Assembly: GCA_963664825.1 (NCBI GenBank)
Contig: OY761614.1
Coordinates: 2,976,001 to 3,040,000 of the forward strand
From: an uncultured Holophaga sp.
GTDB lineage: Bacteria; Acidobacteriota; Holophagae; Holophagales; Holophagaceae
Reading direction: 5' to 3'
Length of the DNA: 64,000 bases
Shown here: one piece after another, positions 29,441 to 38,205 of the stretch
How the letters are laid out: each line of letters begins with the position of its first letter
Numbering within the stretch: position 1 is the stretch's first letter
Notes under the pieces: model-generated
The model's database searches: none
What the model was told of the DNA's origin: nothing
Seen by the model: the letters and a program-made list of their open reading frames with translations, nothing else
Program-made: the position numbers and the translations under genes

Positions 29441-29732
29441 TTCCGTGACTCACCACGGGTGGGCGATTCCGGCCTGCAACACGTCCGTGTCCCGATGGCA
29501 GCGTGTGAGGCTGCGGTTCCACTGCAGGGGCCCGGCCCCGTGGCCCCGAGGCATCCGATAACTATCCAGCAGACTTTGGCCTGGTCACATCACACGGCCC
29601 TGCGTCCATCACAAGACTCAGCACCAGCGGGTACGCCGGCAGAGGCAAATCCGGCGGAGATCCCAAACGACCAGGGGCCTGGGAGAGATGCTCCCTGGCC
29701 CCTGCTTCGTGGACGCAAAACCGTGATTACAG

Positions 29733-30281
29733 CTAGAACCGGTAGAGGAAGGAGGCGCCCAGAGTCGGCGAGGTGAACTCAGGCTTGGCCCCGAAGAGTT
29801 CCGGCTTGTACTTCGCCCAGGTGTAGCGCAATTCTGCCCCCATATGCGGCGTAAACATGTAACCTGCGGAGGCCGAAGCGAAGGCCGTATTGGGGGTGTC
29901 GTCTTCGCCCAGGATTTCAAATTTGGCCATCCCGAACCCGGCGCCGCACCCAACGTAAAGTCCCTTGTTCACCTGCTGGGAGAAGAAGTAGTTGTAGTCC
30001 GCTCCGACCTGCAGCATCTGGACCCTGCGCGTCGGACTGCTCTTTTCGAAGTAGGTGTAGTCGAGTCGCGGCAGGACGGCGTGGCCGCCCTGGAAGCCGA
30101 TCAGCATATGGGCGCCGATCCCGTACCCTGGAGCATCGTCGAGGATCTGCTTCTCCCCGAGGTCGCTCATGGGAAGGGCCACTGTCGCCTGGAGTCCGTA
30201 CTTGATCTCCTGGGCGCCGAGACCGGCGGTGACGAAGAACAGTCCCGCGGAGGCGAGCAGGAATCTGGGGGTGTGTCTCAT
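29733..30281 (-). CDS. Small outer-membrane beta-barrel protein
   Basis: Signal peptide, amphipathic strands (GADYNYFF, AGYMFTPHMGAELRY), C-terminal YRF; RBS AGGAG. Confidence 0.85.
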   Translation of the reverse strand: MRHTPRFLLASAGLFFVTAGLGAQEIKYGLQATVALPMSDLGEKQILDDAPGYGIGAHMLIGFQGGHAVLPRLDYTYFEKSSPTRRVQMLQVGADYNYFFSQQVNKGLYVGCGAGFGMAKFEILGEDDTPNTAFASASAGYMFTPHMGAELRYTWAKYKPELFGAKPEFTSPTLGASFLYRF

Positions 30282-30350
30282 CGCTTTCTCCTTTGCCCGG
30301 CTGGGGGCGGAAGCGTTGGAGTGGATGCCCTGAGACCCAGGGCACGAATG

Positions 30351-30511
30351 GGATCGATCGTTCGATCCATTCCGTAAATGTCATCCAATCGAAATCGCCC
30401 GTCAATGCCATGCAGTGGACACTTGTTAAAAGGGGCAATATTTTCTAGTCAAAATAAATTTGACAGCAGTGATCGATCGATCGATTCTATGCTAGGATTG
30501 ATCGATCGATC
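30351..30511. promoter_or_regulatory. Divergent promoter region with GATC-rich palindromes, probable TetR operators
   Basis: GGATCGATCGTTCGATCC (30351-30368), GATCGATCGATCGAT (30471-30485), GATCGATCGATC (30500-30511); TTGACA at 30460-30465. Confidence 0.6.
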
Positions 30512-30525
30512 CTGGACCTCCACCC

Positions 30526-31221
30526 ATGCCGCCCTCTCCCTTCCTCCCAAACGTCGATACCCGTGAGGCCCTTCTCGATGCGGCCCTGCTCTGCTTTGCC
30601 AAATACGGGTACGAAGCCACCTCCATTCGGCTGATCGCATCCATGGCTGGCAAGAATGTCTCGCTCCTCAGCTATCACTTCGGCAGCAAGGAAGGGCTGT
30701 ACCGCGCGGTGATCCAGCACATGCTCGCCCGCTTCGCCAAGGTCTTCCCGGAGGGCGGCTTCCCCATGGCCGCGTTTGGAGCCCCTCGACAACGCCTCAG
30801 GGCCTACATCCGGTGGTTCCTGTCGGATCTCGAGGACGCCCCGGCCCCGCAGGATCCGAGGCGGCATGCGGCTCGACGCCTCATGCTGAGCGAGCTCCAC
30901 TTCCCCAAGGCCGAAGTGCTGGATCTGCTCCAGGCCCATCTGGAGGATTCCGTCCAGGAACTCCGGGGAATCATCCGCACGATTCGGCCCGATCTCGGCG
31001 CCTCGGAAGTGGACTTCTGGGGCCTCACGGTCCAGGGGTGCTGCCTGACGCCGCTCTTCGAGGGCTTCAACAGCCTGATCTGGCCAGGGTCCAAGCCGTT
31101 CCTCGATCTGGAAGAACTGGCCGAGCGCTTCACCGATCTCATCCACATGGGTCTCACGCGCCACGCGGAACGGCCGTGCGGGTCCCTTCGACTCTTCACC
31201 CCTCCACGGAGCCTCACATGA
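30526..31221 (+). CDS. TetR/AcrR regulator, CecR-like, heading the RND operon
   Basis: TREALLDAALLCFAKYGYEATSIRLIA...YHFGSKEGLY; stop overlaps the next ATG (ATGA). Confidence 0.9.
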   Translation: MPPSPFLPNVDTREALLDAALLCFAKYGYEATSIRLIASMAGKNVSLLSYHFGSKEGLYRAVIQHMLARFAKVFPEGGFPMAAFGAPRQRLRAYIRWFLSDLEDAPAPQDPRRHAARRLMLSELHFPKAEVLDLLQAHLEDSVQELRGIIRTIRPDLGASEVDFWGLTVQGCCLTPLFEGFNSLIWPGSKPFLDLEELAERFTDLIHMGLTRHAERPCGSLRLFTPPRSLT

Positions 31222-32369
31222 AACGTCCCCCCCTCCACGCGGGTCTGGCCTGGGCCAGTTCCATCGCCCTCCTCGGCCTCCCCTTGGCCCTCGGCTGCCA
31301 GAAGAAGATGCAGCTCCCTCCCCCGGAGGTCTATGTCCAGGCCTCAGGGCAGAGGGACGTGCCTGTGGTGATGGAACTGGTCGGCCAGACCACCGGTTCT
31401 CTCGACGTGGAGATCCGCGCTCGCGTGGAGGGCTACCTGGAGGGCATCCACTATCAGGAGGGGCAGCAGGTCAAGAAGGGCGATCTGCTCTTCACCATCG
31501 AATCCAAGACCTTCCAGTCCATCGTGAGCCAGCGCCGCGCCGATCTCGCCTCCGCCCAGGCCCGTTTGCATCTGGCGGATCTTGAAGTGAACCGGCTGAA
31601 ACCCCTGGCGGAGCAGCAGGCCGTGAGCGTCCAGAACTTCGATTCGGCCCTCTCGGTGCAGAAAACCTCTCGTGCGTCTGTGGACGCCGCCAAGGCGGCC
31701 CTGGACAAGGCCCTCCTGGACCTCAGCTACACCCACATCACGGCGCCCAATGCGGGACTCGCGGACTTCGCTAAGGTCAAGCCGGGAAACCTCGTAGGCC
31801 GCGGGGATTCCACACTGCTCACGACGATCTCCAACGTGGACCCCATCCACGTGGTGATCGGCATGCAGGAGGGTGACTACCTGAAGCTGGTGGAGCGGGC
31901 TCGCAAGGGGGATCGACCCATGGAGGGCAAGGGGGCTCCAAGGGCGGAACTGATCCTTTCGGATGGCAGCGTCCATCCCTCCAAGGGCTACTTCGACGCG
32001 GTGCAACGGGCAATCGATCCCCGCATGGGCACCATCTCTGTGCGGGCGGTCTTCCCGAATCCCGACCGCAGGGTGCGCCCTGGCCAGTTCGTGAAGGTCC
32101 GCTTCGATTTCGACACCCTCAAGAACGCCGTGGTCGTGCCCCAACGGGCGGTCCAGGAACTCCAAGGGGCCTACCAGCTCGCCGTGGTGGAAGGTGGCAA
32201 GGTGGTCATCCGTCCCGTGAAGATGGGACCCCGCATTAATTCGGACTGGGTGGTGAGCGAAGGGCTCAAGCCAGGGGAGACTGTGATAGTGGAAGGCCTT
32301 CAGCAGGCCAAGCCCGGCGTCGTCGTGGTGGCCAAGCCATTCGCGCCCACCACGAATGGGAGGCACTAG
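31218..32369 (+). CDS. RND efflux periplasmic adaptor (AcrA/MexA family) lipoprotein
   Basis: Lipobox LALGC, EIRARVEG, VKKGDLLF, GLKPGETVIVEG. Confidence 0.93.
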   Translation: MKRPPLHAGLAWASSIALLGLPLALGCQKKMQLPPPEVYVQASGQRDVPVVMELVGQTTGSLDVEIRARVEGYLEGIHYQEGQQVKKGDLLFTIESKTFQSIVSQRRADLASAQARLHLADLEVNRLKPLAEQQAVSVQNFDSALSVQKTSRASVDAAKAALDKALLDLSYTHITAPNAGLADFAKVKPGNLVGRGDSTLLTTISNVDPIHVVIGMQEGDYLKLVERARKGDRPMEGKGAPRAELILSDGSVHPSKGYFDAVQRAIDPRMGTISVRAVFPNPDRRVRPGQFVKVRFDFDTLKNAVVVPQRAVQELQGAYQLAVVEGGKVVIRPVKMGPRINSDWVVSEGLKPGETVIVEGLQQAKPGVVVVAKPFAPTTNGRH

Positions 32370-32372
32370 ACC

Positions 32373-35300
32373 ATGGGCAACATCTTCATCCGCCGTCCCA
32401 TCCTGGCGATGGTGATGGCCATCCTCATGGTCATCGTGGGCCTCGTCGCCATGTCCGGCCTGCCCATCACCCAGATGCCCGATATCACGCCGCCCAATGT
32501 CTCGGTGGAGACCACCTACACGGGCGCCTCGGCCCCGGATGTGGAGCAGGCCGTCGCAACGCCCATTGAGCAGCAAGTGAACGGCGTGGACAACATGATC
32601 TACGTCAAGTCCACCAACGGCAACGACGGCACGTGCAAGACGGAAACCACCTTCGATGTGGGCACCAACCTCGACACCGCCACCATGCTGATGCAGAACC
32701 GCGTGGGCCAAGCGGACGCCAATCTGCCCGCGGCCGTCAAACAGTACGGCATTAGCACCAAGAAGGCCCTCGCCCTTCCCATGCTCTTGTATGCACTCAC
32801 ATCGCCCAAGGCGACCTGGGATGGCAGTTTCCTTACCAACTACGCGGCCATCAACATCAAGGACCGCCTCGCCCGCGTGAAGGGCGTGGGCGATGTGCGC
32901 CTCTTCGGTGGCACCGACTACTCCATGCGCGTATGGGTGAAGCCGGACCGCCTGATGACCCTTGGCCTCACGGTGGGGGACTTGACGGCGGCCATTTCGG
33001 CCCAGAACGAGATCACGCCTGCAGGTCAGTTGGGAGGATCTCCGGCTCCGGACGGTACAGCCTTCACCTATACCGTGAAGACTCAGGGACGCCTGGCCAC
33101 CGCCGAGGAGTTCGGGGACATCATCATCCGCTCGAACCCCGATGGCAGCCAGGTCCGCCTGAAGGACGTGGCCCGCATCGAACTGGGCAGCCTGAGCTAC
33201 ATGTCCCGTGCCTGGGCGAATGGTAAGCCTACATCTGCCATCGGGATCTACCAGGCTCCCGGCTCCAACGCGCTGCAGGTGAAGGAAGCCGTGGAAAAGG
33301 CTCTGGCTGAGCTAACACCGACCTTTCCCAGGGACATAGTATGCAAACGTGTTCTCGACACCACGGAGCCCATCAGCGTGGGCATCAAGGAGATCGTGAC
33401 GACGCTCTTCGAGGCCATCCTGCTCGTGATCCTAGTGGTCTTCGTGTTCCTCCAGAACTGGCGAGCTACGCTGATTCCCCTCTTGACGGTGCCCGTCTCC
33501 CTGGTGGCCACTTTCATGGTCTTCCCCCTTCTGGGCTTCTCCATCAACGTGCTCTCGCTGCTGGGACTGGTGCTCGCCATCGGCATCGTGGTGGATGACG
33601 CTATCGTGGTGGTGGAAGCCGTCACGCACCACATCGAGCAGGGCATGAGTCCCAAGGAGGCCACGGCCCAGGCCATGAAGGAAGTGAGCGGTCCCGTGAT
33701 CGCCATCGCCCTCATCCTTATCGCAGTCTTCGTGCCTGTTGCCTTCATGGGCGGCATCACGGGGCGCCTCTACCAGCAGTTTGCCGTCACCATCGCGCTC
33801 TCCGTGGCCTTCTCCGCCATCAGCGCCCTGACCCTCAGCCCGGCCCTGGCCTCCAAGTTCCTGAAGGCGAGGAAGCCCGGCGAGAAACACTTCCTCGATC
33901 CCTTCTACGCTTGGTTCAACCGCATCTTCGGGCGTACCACGGAAAAATACCTCAACATCACTCAGATCCTCGTCCGCAAGGGCATGCGCAGTCTCCTGAT
34001 CGTAGGAGCCATGGTCCTCCTGGCGGGGGGCCTGATGAAGGCCGTGCCCACGGGCTTCCTGCCCAACGAGGACAACGGCTACTTCTTCGTGCATATCCAG
34101 CTCCCGGACGCGGCCTCCCAGGAGCGGACCGAAGCCGTGCTGCGGAAGGTCGAGAAGATCATGGCCAGCAGCCCGGTTGTCCAGGATGTGGTCACGGCAT
34201 CGGGTTTCGGACTGCTGACGGGCACAACCGCTTCGAATACGGGCATCGGCTTCGTGCAGGCCAAGCCCTGGGAGGCCCGGAGTGGCATCAAGCAGCGCCT
34301 CGATATCGCCATGCTTCTGCTGAACCTGGAGTTCTACAAACAGATCCCCGAAGCCCAGGTCTTCGCCTTTGGGCCCCCGCCCATTACCGGTCTGGGCACG
34401 GGCGAGGGATTCACCATGATGATCCAGGACCGGGCGGGCAGCACGCCGGAGGCCCTGGCGGCAGTTGCTGAGAAGTTCGTGACGGAGGCCTCCAAGCGCC
34501 CCGAGCTCGGGCGGGTGAACACCTTCTTCCGCACTTCCGAACCCCAGGTCTTCGCGGACATTGACCGGGAGAAGGCCCACAAATTGGGGGTACCCATCCA
34601 GGAGATCAACCGCACGATGGGCGCTCTGCTGGGCAGCTCCTACATCAACGACTTCAACCGGTTTGGGCGTATCTACCGGGTCTTCCTGCAGGCGGAGCCG
34701 GAGTTCCGGACCTCGGCCAAGTCCCTCTCGCAATTTTTCGTGCGCAGCGGGGATGGGCAGATGATCCCCCTGGACACGCTGGTGACCATGAAGAAGACTC
34801 AAGGGCCCTCCTTCACCACGCGTTTCAATCTCTTCCGGGCCGCGGAGATTACGGGCGTGCCGGCCACAGGCTACAGTTCGGCCCAGGCCCACAAGGCCCT
34901 CGAGGAAACGGCCGCCAAGGTGCTGCCCCAGGGCTACGGCTACGAGTGGGCCAATCTCTCCTACCAGGAGCAGAAGGCCGCCGGGACAGGCTCCATCGTC
35001 TTCATCTTCGCCCTGGTCGTGGTGTTCTTCATCCTCGCGGCCCAGTACGAAAGCTGGTCGCTCCCTTTCAGTGTGCTCCTAGGCACACCCTTCGCGCTCT
35101 TTGGGGCGATATTGGGGCTCTGGCTCCTGCGCACGATCCTGCCCCAGGTGATGGGGGGCGGCTACGTCAACAATATCTTCGCGCAGATCGGCATGATCAC
35201 CCTCATCGGCCTGGCCGCCAAGAACGCCATCCTCATCGTGGAATATGCGAAGGCCCATCGGGAGGCGGGTATGAGCGCGGTGGATGCCGCTATGATGGCC

Positions 35301-35594
35301 GCCAAGCTGCGCCTCCGGCCTATCCTCATGACGGCCTTCGCCTTCATCCTGGGTGTGACACCCCTGATGTTCGCCTCGGGTGCCATGGCCGAGGCTCGCA
35401 AGGTCATCGGTGTGACAGTGTGTGTCGGAATGTTCGTGGCCACGCTGTTTGGCATCTTCTTCATCCCAGCGCTGTACGTGCTTGTGGATCGTTTCGGGAG
35501 GAAACCGGTGCCGAACGCAACACCCGTTGCGCCTGCTGAAACCCTCCCCATGCACCAGGATTCGAACAATGGAGGCCCCGATGTCGAAGCGTAG
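32373..35594 (+). CDS. RND multidrug efflux permease (HAE1, AcrB/MexB family)
   Basis: FIRRPI, GIVVDDAIVVVE, AKNAILIVE, RLRPILMT. Confidence 0.96.
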   Translation: MGNIFIRRPILAMVMAILMVIVGLVAMSGLPITQMPDITPPNVSVETTYTGASAPDVEQAVATPIEQQVNGVDNMIYVKSTNGNDGTCKTETTFDVGTNLDTATMLMQNRVGQADANLPAAVKQYGISTKKALALPMLLYALTSPKATWDGSFLTNYAAINIKDRLARVKGVGDVRLFGGTDYSMRVWVKPDRLMTLGLTVGDLTAAISAQNEITPAGQLGGSPAPDGTAFTYTVKTQGRLATAEEFGDIIIRSNPDGSQVRLKDVARIELGSLSYMSRAWANGKPTSAIGIYQAPGSNALQVKEAVEKALAELTPTFPRDIVCKRVLDTTEPISVGIKEIVTTLFEAILLVILVVFVFLQNWRATLIPLLTVPVSLVATFMVFPLLGFSINVLSLLGLVLAIGIVVDDAIVVVEAVTHHIEQGMSPKEATAQAMKEVSGPVIAIALILIAVFVPVAFMGGITGRLYQQFAVTIALSVAFSAISALTLSPALASKFLKARKPGEKHFLDPFYAWFNRIFGRTTEKYLNITQILVRKGMRSLLIVGAMVLLAGGLMKAVPTGFLPNEDNGYFFVHIQLPDAASQERTEAVLRKVEKIMASSPVVQDVVTASGFGLLTGTTASNTGIGFVQAKPWEARSGIKQRLDIAMLLLNLEFYKQIPEAQVFAFGPPPITGLGTGEGFTMMIQDRAGSTPEALAAVAEKFVTEASKRPELGRVNTFFRTSEPQVFADIDREKAHKLGVPIQEINRTMGALLGSSYINDFNRFGRIYRVFLQAEPEFRTSAKSLSQFFVRSGDGQMIPLDTLVTMKKTQGPSFTTRFNLFRAAEITGVPATGYSSAQAHKALEETAAKVLPQGYGYEWANLSYQEQKAAGTGSIVFIFALVVVFFILAAQYESWSLPFSVLLGTPFALFGAILGLWLLRTILPQVMGGGYVNNIFAQIGMITLIGLAAKNAILIVEYAKAHREAGMSAVDAAMMAAKLRLRPILMTAFAFILGVTPLMFASGAMAEARKVIGVTVCVGMFVATLFGIFFIPALYVLVDRFGRKPVPNATPVAPAETLPMHQDSNNGGPDVEA

Positions 35595-36987
35595 CCACGG
35601 ATGGTTCTGGGGGCTCCCCCTCGCAGGGCTCGCGCTCTCGACGGGATGCGCTCTGGGGCCGAACTTTCGCCGCCCTGTGGTGGAGATTCCAGAGTCCTTC
35701 AAGATCGAGGCCGAAGCAGAAGCCCTCTCCGCAGATCTGGGCTGGTGGGAGATCGTCAATGATGACCCAGTGCTGAAGGCTTTGGTGCTTGAGGCGCTGG
35801 ACAAGAATCGCGATCTCCGCATGGCCGTGAGTCGCATGGAGGAGGCGCGCGCCCTGGCAGGAATCAACCATCTGGGACCGAATCTCGACCTCGGCGGCAA
35901 CGCCGCGCGACAGCGAGGCATCGTCGCTGGTGCAGGCCCTCAGACGGTGTTAGGAAACAACTTCTCTGCGAGCCTATCCGCCAGTTGGGAGCTGGATATC
36001 TGGGGAAGGATTCGCCGTTCCCAGGAGAGCGCCCAGGCCCAGTACCTGGCGACCGAGCAGGGCAGGAGGGCCGTCTTCCTCAGCCTCCTGGGTGATGTGG
36101 TGGGGGGCTATTACCAGCTCCGTGCCCTGGACATGAAGCTGGAGACCGCCAGGCGCACCGTGGAGACCCGCAGGCATTCCCTCGCGCTCGTGGCGAGCAG
36201 GATGACGGGAGGCGTGGGAGACAAGCTGGAGACGAGCCAGGCCCAGTCGGCCGTCGCCCTGACCGAGGCGGCAGTACCCCAGCTGGAGCTGGCCGTCCAC
36301 ATGCAGGAGAACCAGATGAACCTCCTGCTGGGAAGGGCTCCGGGCCCCATTCCCCGGGGTGCCGCCCTCCAGGCCGTGCCCCCGAAGGCCATTGCGCCGG
36401 GGTTGCCCTCGGCCCTGCTGGAACGCCGTCCAGATGTGCGCCAGAGCGAGGAACAGTTGCGGGCCGCCAACGCCCAAGTGGGTGTGGCCACGGCTGGTTT
36501 GTTTCCGAGTTTCAGTCTTACGGGCAGTCTTGGGTATCAGAGCCTGGAACTCTCGGACCTTACCCGCGCGGGACAGAAGAGCTGGAGCGTGGGAGGTGGG
36601 GTCCTCGCGCCCATTTTCCATGGCAAGGAATTACGTAATCAGCGCCGTGCCGCTGTTGCACGTTGGGAACACGCCAGGGCTTTGTACGAGAAGACCGTGC
36701 TTTCGGCTCTTGGGGATACGTCCAATGCACTGGTTGGCGTGGCCAAATCCAAGGAGATCGTGAAAGCCCAGCAGGAGGCCGTCCGGTCTCTGCGGGAAGC
36801 GGAACGCATCGCTCAGATGCGCTTCGAGGGTGGAGTCTCGCCCTACCTGGAAGTACTGGATGCTCAGCGGCAACTCTTCTCGGCGGAACTTTCCTTTGCC
36901 GAGGCTCTCTGTGACCAGCAGCGAAGCGTAATTCGACTGTATCTGGCTCTGGGGGGCGGTTGGCAGAAGGCGGAGCGTCCCAAATAG
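35581..36987 (+). CDS. Efflux outer-membrane factor lipoprotein (OprM/NodT family)
   Basis: Lipobox LSTGC, WELDIWG, LLERRPDV, LYLALGGGW. Confidence 0.94.
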   Translation: MSKRSHGWFWGLPLAGLALSTGCALGPNFRRPVVEIPESFKIEAEAEALSADLGWWEIVNDDPVLKALVLEALDKNRDLRMAVSRMEEARALAGINHLGPNLDLGGNAARQRGIVAGAGPQTVLGNNFSASLSASWELDIWGRIRRSQESAQAQYLATEQGRRAVFLSLLGDVVGGYYQLRALDMKLETARRTVETRRHSLALVASRMTGGVGDKLETSQAQSAVALTEAAVPQLELAVHMQENQMNLLLGRAPGPIPRGAALQAVPPKAIAPGLPSALLERRPDVRQSEEQLRAANAQVGVATAGLFPSFSLTGSLGYQSLELSDLTRAGQKSWSVGGGVLAPIFHGKELRNQRRAAVARWEHARALYEKTVLSALGDTSNALVGVAKSKEIVKAQQEAVRSLREAERIAQMRFEGGVSPYLEVLDAQRQLFSAELSFAEALCDQQRSVIRLYLALGGGWQKAERPK

Positions 36988-36996
36988 GGGTAAGGG

Positions 36997-37033
36997 ATGA
37001 GTGGGCGTTCAAATGGGATGAACGTCCACTCAT
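36997..37033 (+). terminator. Hairpin terminating the RND operon
   Basis: ATGAGTGGGCGTTCA-aatggga-TGAACGTCCACTCAT followed by GTTT. Confidence 0.65.
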
Positions 37034-37066
37034 GTTTGCCAGACGCATAGATCTCAAGAGGATAAT

Positions 37067-37276
37067 ATGTGGGTTATCAATCAAAGACGACAAATTATCA
37101 ACATAGATCTATTCAAGATGGTGGACACTGAAAACGGCAGACTAATTGCCAGGAATGGCCGAGAATATCAGGTCATTTTCAAGGGTGAGCAAGAAGTTTG
37201 CGAAGAATTGTATTATAAAATAATAGATGGGTTAACGATGGGTGTATTACTATTGGATCTTAAAGTGGTTAACTAA
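37067..37276 (+). CDS. Small AT-rich hypothetical protein
   Basis: 69 aa, RBS AGAGGA, protein-like composition. Confidence 0.6.
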   Translation: MWVINQRRQIINIDLFKMVDTENGRLIARNGREYQVIFKGEQEVCEELYYKIIDGLTMGVLLLDLKVVN

Positions 37277-37334
37277 ATCAAGCGCGTAACTGTGTGCAAA
37301 TTATCTGGTGATCTGATTACCAAGAAAGGTTGCC

Positions 37335-37751
37335 GTGAATATCAAGACCTATGTGGCGCGTCTGGACGATTATTCGGGTGAACTTGCTCGGAATCTGGCC
37401 ACGCTCGAAATGGCACATGTAAACGGTGCCGTGAACCGCACGGAACAACTGGGCTTCATTGCTGAAATCCAGCGGGCAGCCATTCAAAGGGACCTTCGTC
37501 CATGGCGGACGCGCTCGATTTGGGCCGCCTGCACAGGTCTGGGACTCCTGGTCCTATCTGGGGCCATGGCTTGCCTCTTACCAAACCCTAGCGTGTGGCC
37601 TCAGGCCATCGGCCTCTTCGCGGTCCTTACGTTAGGCATCGGAGAAGGCTGCTACATAGCCTATTCCAGACGTCGGAAGAGTTTGAAATTGTTATTTATT
37701 AAATTTAATGACTCTATCCAGGGGGGTGCATCCCTCTTCGATCTTGGGTAG
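37335..37751 (+). CDS. Hypothetical two-TM membrane protein
   Basis: GTG start with AAAGG; two hydrophobic helices followed by basic RRRK. Confidence 0.65.
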   Translation: MNIKTYVARLDDYSGELARNLATLEMAHVNGAVNRTEQLGFIAEIQRAAIQRDLRPWRTRSIWAACTGLGLLVLSGAMACLLPNPSVWPQAIGLFAVLTLGIGEGCYIAYSRRRKSLKLLFIKFNDSIQGGASLFDLG

Positions 37752-37790
37752 CCCGAGGCAGCGACCCGCAAAGTCTTCAGGAGGATTCCC

Positions 37791-38147
37791 TTGAGGCATT
37801 TCATCGTGACCCTTTCCCTCTGCGTGGCGCCCGGGTCCATCGGGGAGCATCTCATCGGCCAGCATCACGCCCTCGTCCAGGACGGATACGACCGGGGAGT
37901 CTTCCTCCTCTATGGTGCTCTGGAATCGGAAATGGGAAGTGTCGCGATTGCACGCGCCCCAAGCCATCAGGTCTTGACCCAGTTTCTGGAGGAGGATCCT
38001 CTCCTGAAGGAGGGCTTGGCCGCCTACGACCTTGTCGAATTTGTACCGGAAGTCTTCCCTCACATCCTGAATGACTGGCTGTGGGCAGGCGCGTCTCAAG
38101 GGCGCAATGGGCTCCCATACGAAAACCTTGGAGGCGTTCCCGTCTAG
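37791..38147 (+). CDS. YciI-like protein
   Basis: TTG start with AGGAGG; H..LVQ.GY..GVFLLYG and EDP....GLAAY..VEF.P pattern. Confidence 0.65.
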   Translation: MRHFIVTLSLCVAPGSIGEHLIGQHHALVQDGYDRGVFLLYGALESEMGSVAIARAPSHQVLTQFLEEDPLLKEGLAAYDLVEFVPEVFPHILNDWLWAGASQGRNGLPYENLGGVPV

Positions 38148-38205
38148 TTCTGTCTGGGGCCGTGGATTGCGATGGCGCCAACGTCGGCGGCAGTCAGGAG
38201 GATGT

